Below, in pieces: positions 61,947 through 64,000 of a stretch of 64,000 nucleotides of DNA. A model generated the notes under the pieces. That model was not told the origin of the DNA. It ran no database searches and saw nothing but the letters and a program-made list of their open reading frames with translations. Source of the stretch: Bacillota bacterium. Its GTDB lineage: Bacteria; Bacillota; Clostridia; Peptostreptococcales; Anaerovoracaceae. The stretch is from the NCBI GenBank assembly GCA_017557505.1, contig JAFYYP010000010.1:2148-66147 (forward strand). The letters run 5' to 3'. Within the stretch, counting starts at the first letter, position 1, and each line of letters begins with the position of its first letter. Made by a program: the position numbers and the translations under genes.

Positions 61947-63716
61947 ATGAAGATTACCTTTTGCGGCGCGGCATCCGGGGTCACCGGCAGCTGCCATATG
62001 ATCACGACGGACCAGCATAAGATCCTGTTCGACTGCGGACAGTTCCAGGGCGGCGCGGCCGAAGAGGCCAGGAACCGGGAACCGTTCCCGTTCAACCCGG
62101 CAGAGATCGAGTGCGTGGTCCTTTCACATGCCCACATCGACCACTGCGGCAGGCTGCCTCTGCTGGTCAAGCAGGGCTTTAAGGGCGAGATCTACTGCAC
62201 GGACGCCACGGCGGAACTGCTGGACGTCATGCTGAAAGACTCGGCCCACATCCACGAGCAGGAAGCGGAGTGGAAGAACCGCAAGGCCGAACGGGCAGGG
62301 CACGCGCTCGTCGAACCGCTGTACACGGCTGACGATGCGCTGGATACGCTCAAATTCGTGCGTCCGGTGCTGTACGACACGCTGTTCTCGCTGAACGACC
62401 AGATGAAGATCGTGTTCAACGACGCGGGGCATATCCTCGGTTCGGCTATCATCGAGCTGTGGGTCGAAGAGAACGGCAAGAGCAAGAAGCTCGTGTTCTC
62501 CGGCGACCTCGGCATGACGAACCGTCCCATCCTGAAGGATCCCGTGACCATCCACAAGGCGGACTACGTCATCATGGAGACGACGTACGGCAACCGCCTG
62601 CACGAAGCGAACGCAACGAGCATCAAGAAGCTGCTGGACATCGTCGTCGAGACGACGAAGCGCGGCGGCAACGTCGTCATCCCGAGCTTCGCGGTCGGCA
62701 GAACGCAGGAGCTTATCTTCGAACTCAACCGCATCTACGACGGCGACAGCGAATACAAGAGCCAGCTGAAGGACGTGCACGTCTACGTCGACAGCCCGAT
62801 GGCCATGCAGGCGACCGAGATCTTCAAGAACAACGCCCAGACATACGACGACGAGATGCGCGAATTCATCATGCGGGGTGATCATCCGCTGGACTTCCCG
62901 AACCTGCACTTCACCAGGACGAGCGAAGAGAGCCGCATGATCAACGTCGACACCAAGCCGAAGATCATCATCTCCGCGAGCGGCATGTGCGACGCGGGCC
63001 GCATCCGCCACCACCTGAAGCACAACCTGTACAATCCGCTGAACAGCATCGTGTTCGTCGGCTACCAGGCGGAAGGCACGCTGGGCCGCAGCCTGATCGA
63101 AGGCGCCCAGGAAGTGACCCTGTTCGGCGAAGAGATCGCTGTGAAGGCGCAGATCCACAACCTCGAGGGTTTCTCGGGTCACGCGGACAGAGACGCGCTG
63201 TACAACTGGATCACCGGCTTTACGCAGCAGCCGCACGACATCTTCCTCGTACACGGCGAAATGGACGCCAAGAGGGATTTCGCGGCGTACGTCAAAGAGC
63301 ATAAGGGCTGGGACTGCGTCGTCGTAGACGGCATCAGCGAATACGAACTGACCGAAGAGACGAAACTGACCGGAAAACGGCAGAAGCAGGAGCCCGAGGA
63401 AAAGCCCGCCGAGACCGCTGTGGAAGAGTTCACCTCGCCGACCAAGATTGACGACCTGAAGCTCCGCCTGATGGAGATGCACGAGACGCTGGACAAGGTG
63501 CTGTCCAATACGGGCGACGCCGTGGGCAGCGACGCCAGCCCCGAGAAGCTGGCGGAGATCAAGAACCTCGTCGCATCGCTGGAAAAGGACGTGCTGAACC
63601 TCGGATCCACCATCACGAAGGAGGACCGCCCGGCGGACGAAGAGCTGCCGCTCGAGGGCGAACTGCCTCCGAAGGAGATCCCCGATAAGGAAGAGAAGAA
63701 GAGCAAGAAAAAGTAG
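61947..63716 (+). CDS. MBL-fold beta-CASP ribonuclease (CPSF73/TTHA0252-like) with a charged C-terminal extension
   Basis: MKITFCGAASGVTGSCHMI, LSHAHIDHCGRLP, ..GHILGSA.., ETTYG.., SGMCDAGRIRHHLK and GFSGHAD. Confidence 0.85.
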   Translation: MKITFCGAASGVTGSCHMITTDQHKILFDCGQFQGGAAEEARNREPFPFNPAEIECVVLSHAHIDHCGRLPLLVKQGFKGEIYCTDATAELLDVMLKDSAHIHEQEAEWKNRKAERAGHALVEPLYTADDALDTLKFVRPVLYDTLFSLNDQMKIVFNDAGHILGSAIIELWVEENGKSKKLVFSGDLGMTNRPILKDPVTIHKADYVIMETTYGNRLHEANATSIKKLLDIVVETTKRGGNVVIPSFAVGRTQELIFELNRIYDGDSEYKSQLKDVHVYVDSPMAMQATEIFKNNAQTYDDEMREFIMRGDHPLDFPNLHFTRTSEESRMINVDTKPKIIISASGMCDAGRIRHHLKHNLYNPLNSIVFVGYQAEGTLGRSLIEGAQEVTLFGEEIAVKAQIHNLEGFSGHADRDALYNWITGFTQQPHDIFLVHGEMDAKRDFAAYVKEHKGWDCVVVDGISEYELTEETKLTGKRQKQEPEEKPAETAVEEFTSPTKIDDLKLRLMEMHETLDKVLSNTGDAVGSDASPEKLAEIKNLVASLEKDVLNLGSTITKEDRPADEELPLEGELPPKEIPDKEEKKSKKK

Positions 63717-63725
63717 GTGGGACAC

Positions 63726-64000
63726 ATGAAAGATCCTATCATCATCGGGATCGCCGGAGGCACCGGTTCCGGAAAATCCACGCTCGTGCAGGAGATTGCT
63801 GCGGAATTCAAGGACGATTCCGTATGCCTGCTCAGCCACGACTATTACTATAAAGCGCACGACGACATGCCGTTCGAACAGCGCTGCAAGCTGAACTACG
63901 ACCATCCGAACGCCTACGATACGGACATGCTCATCGAGCATCTGCAGCTTTTAAAGCAGGGGCTTCCCGTACACCGCCCCGTGTACGATTTCGCGGATCA
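63726..64000 (+). CDS. udk: Uridine kinase (5' part; runs off the window)
   Basis: MKDPIIIGIAGGTGSGKSTLVQEI...SHDYYYK...NYDHPNAYD. This open frame is not in the ORF track because no stop is reached. Confidence 0.85.
   Translation, partial: MKDPIIIGIAGGTGSGKSTLVQEIAAEFKDDSVCLLSHDYYYKAHDDMPFEQRCKLNYDHPNAYDTDMLIEHLQLLKQGLPVHRPVYDFAD

Noticed and set aside
1-64000. Prophage, transposon or integrative-element content. I looked for integrase, transposase, recombinase, terminal inverted repeats and toxin-antitoxin pairs.
   Set aside because: I recognised no such genes or IS-like termini. The only mobility-like signals are the tRNA-Gly fragment repeats and the low-GC core of adhesin gene 2, and both are reported as findings.

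Overview
This is a high-GC chromosomal segment. Hand-sampled coding lines are mostly about 55-60% G+C. It looks like a Clostridia-class Firmicute, judging by (S/P)PxTG-type sortase signals, CooT/CooC, an HgdC-type activase and GGAGG-type RBSs. I support about 50 protein genes and one tRNA-Gly(CCC) flanked by tRNA fragments. I see no rRNA, CRISPR array, transposase or integrase. Gene order: (1) a tandem array of giant cell-wall-anchored adhesin paralogues (partial copy at 1-59, then 342-7178 and 7477-13488), each with a duplicated promoter/leader. (2) M32 and M3 metallopeptidases. (3) A divergent lipid-type cluster: a PAI-like flavoenzyme, a CrtI-like flavoenzyme and an FNR/2Fe-2S reductase, facing an acyl-AMP ligase, a stand-alone ACP and an acyl-ACP thioesterase. 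(4) Orphan hypB and hypA around a 939-aa Fe-S flavoprotein. (5) An Opp/Dpp/Nik-type ABC importer with oversized components. (6) A nitrilase. (7) An 8-gene operon ending in a cytoplasmic molybdopterin oxidoreductase, two ferredoxins and an NAD(P)H flavoprotein. (8) The most unusual part is an 11-gene operon at 44866-57675. It holds two paralogous pairs of 2-hydroxyacyl-CoA-dehydratase/benzoyl-CoA-reductase-family subunits, one activase, two paralogous mini membrane proteins, HtpG, a CooC-type ATPase, an acetyl-CoA-synthase-central-domain-like protein and an enoate-reductase-type flavoenzyme. CooT and a His-rich protein are encoded divergently. (9) A K+ channel, a PAP2 phosphatase, a GT4 glycosyltransferase, ThpR, the tRNA-Gly region, a beta-CASP RNase and the start of udk. 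All family calls rest on motif recognition by eye. No database search was possible.
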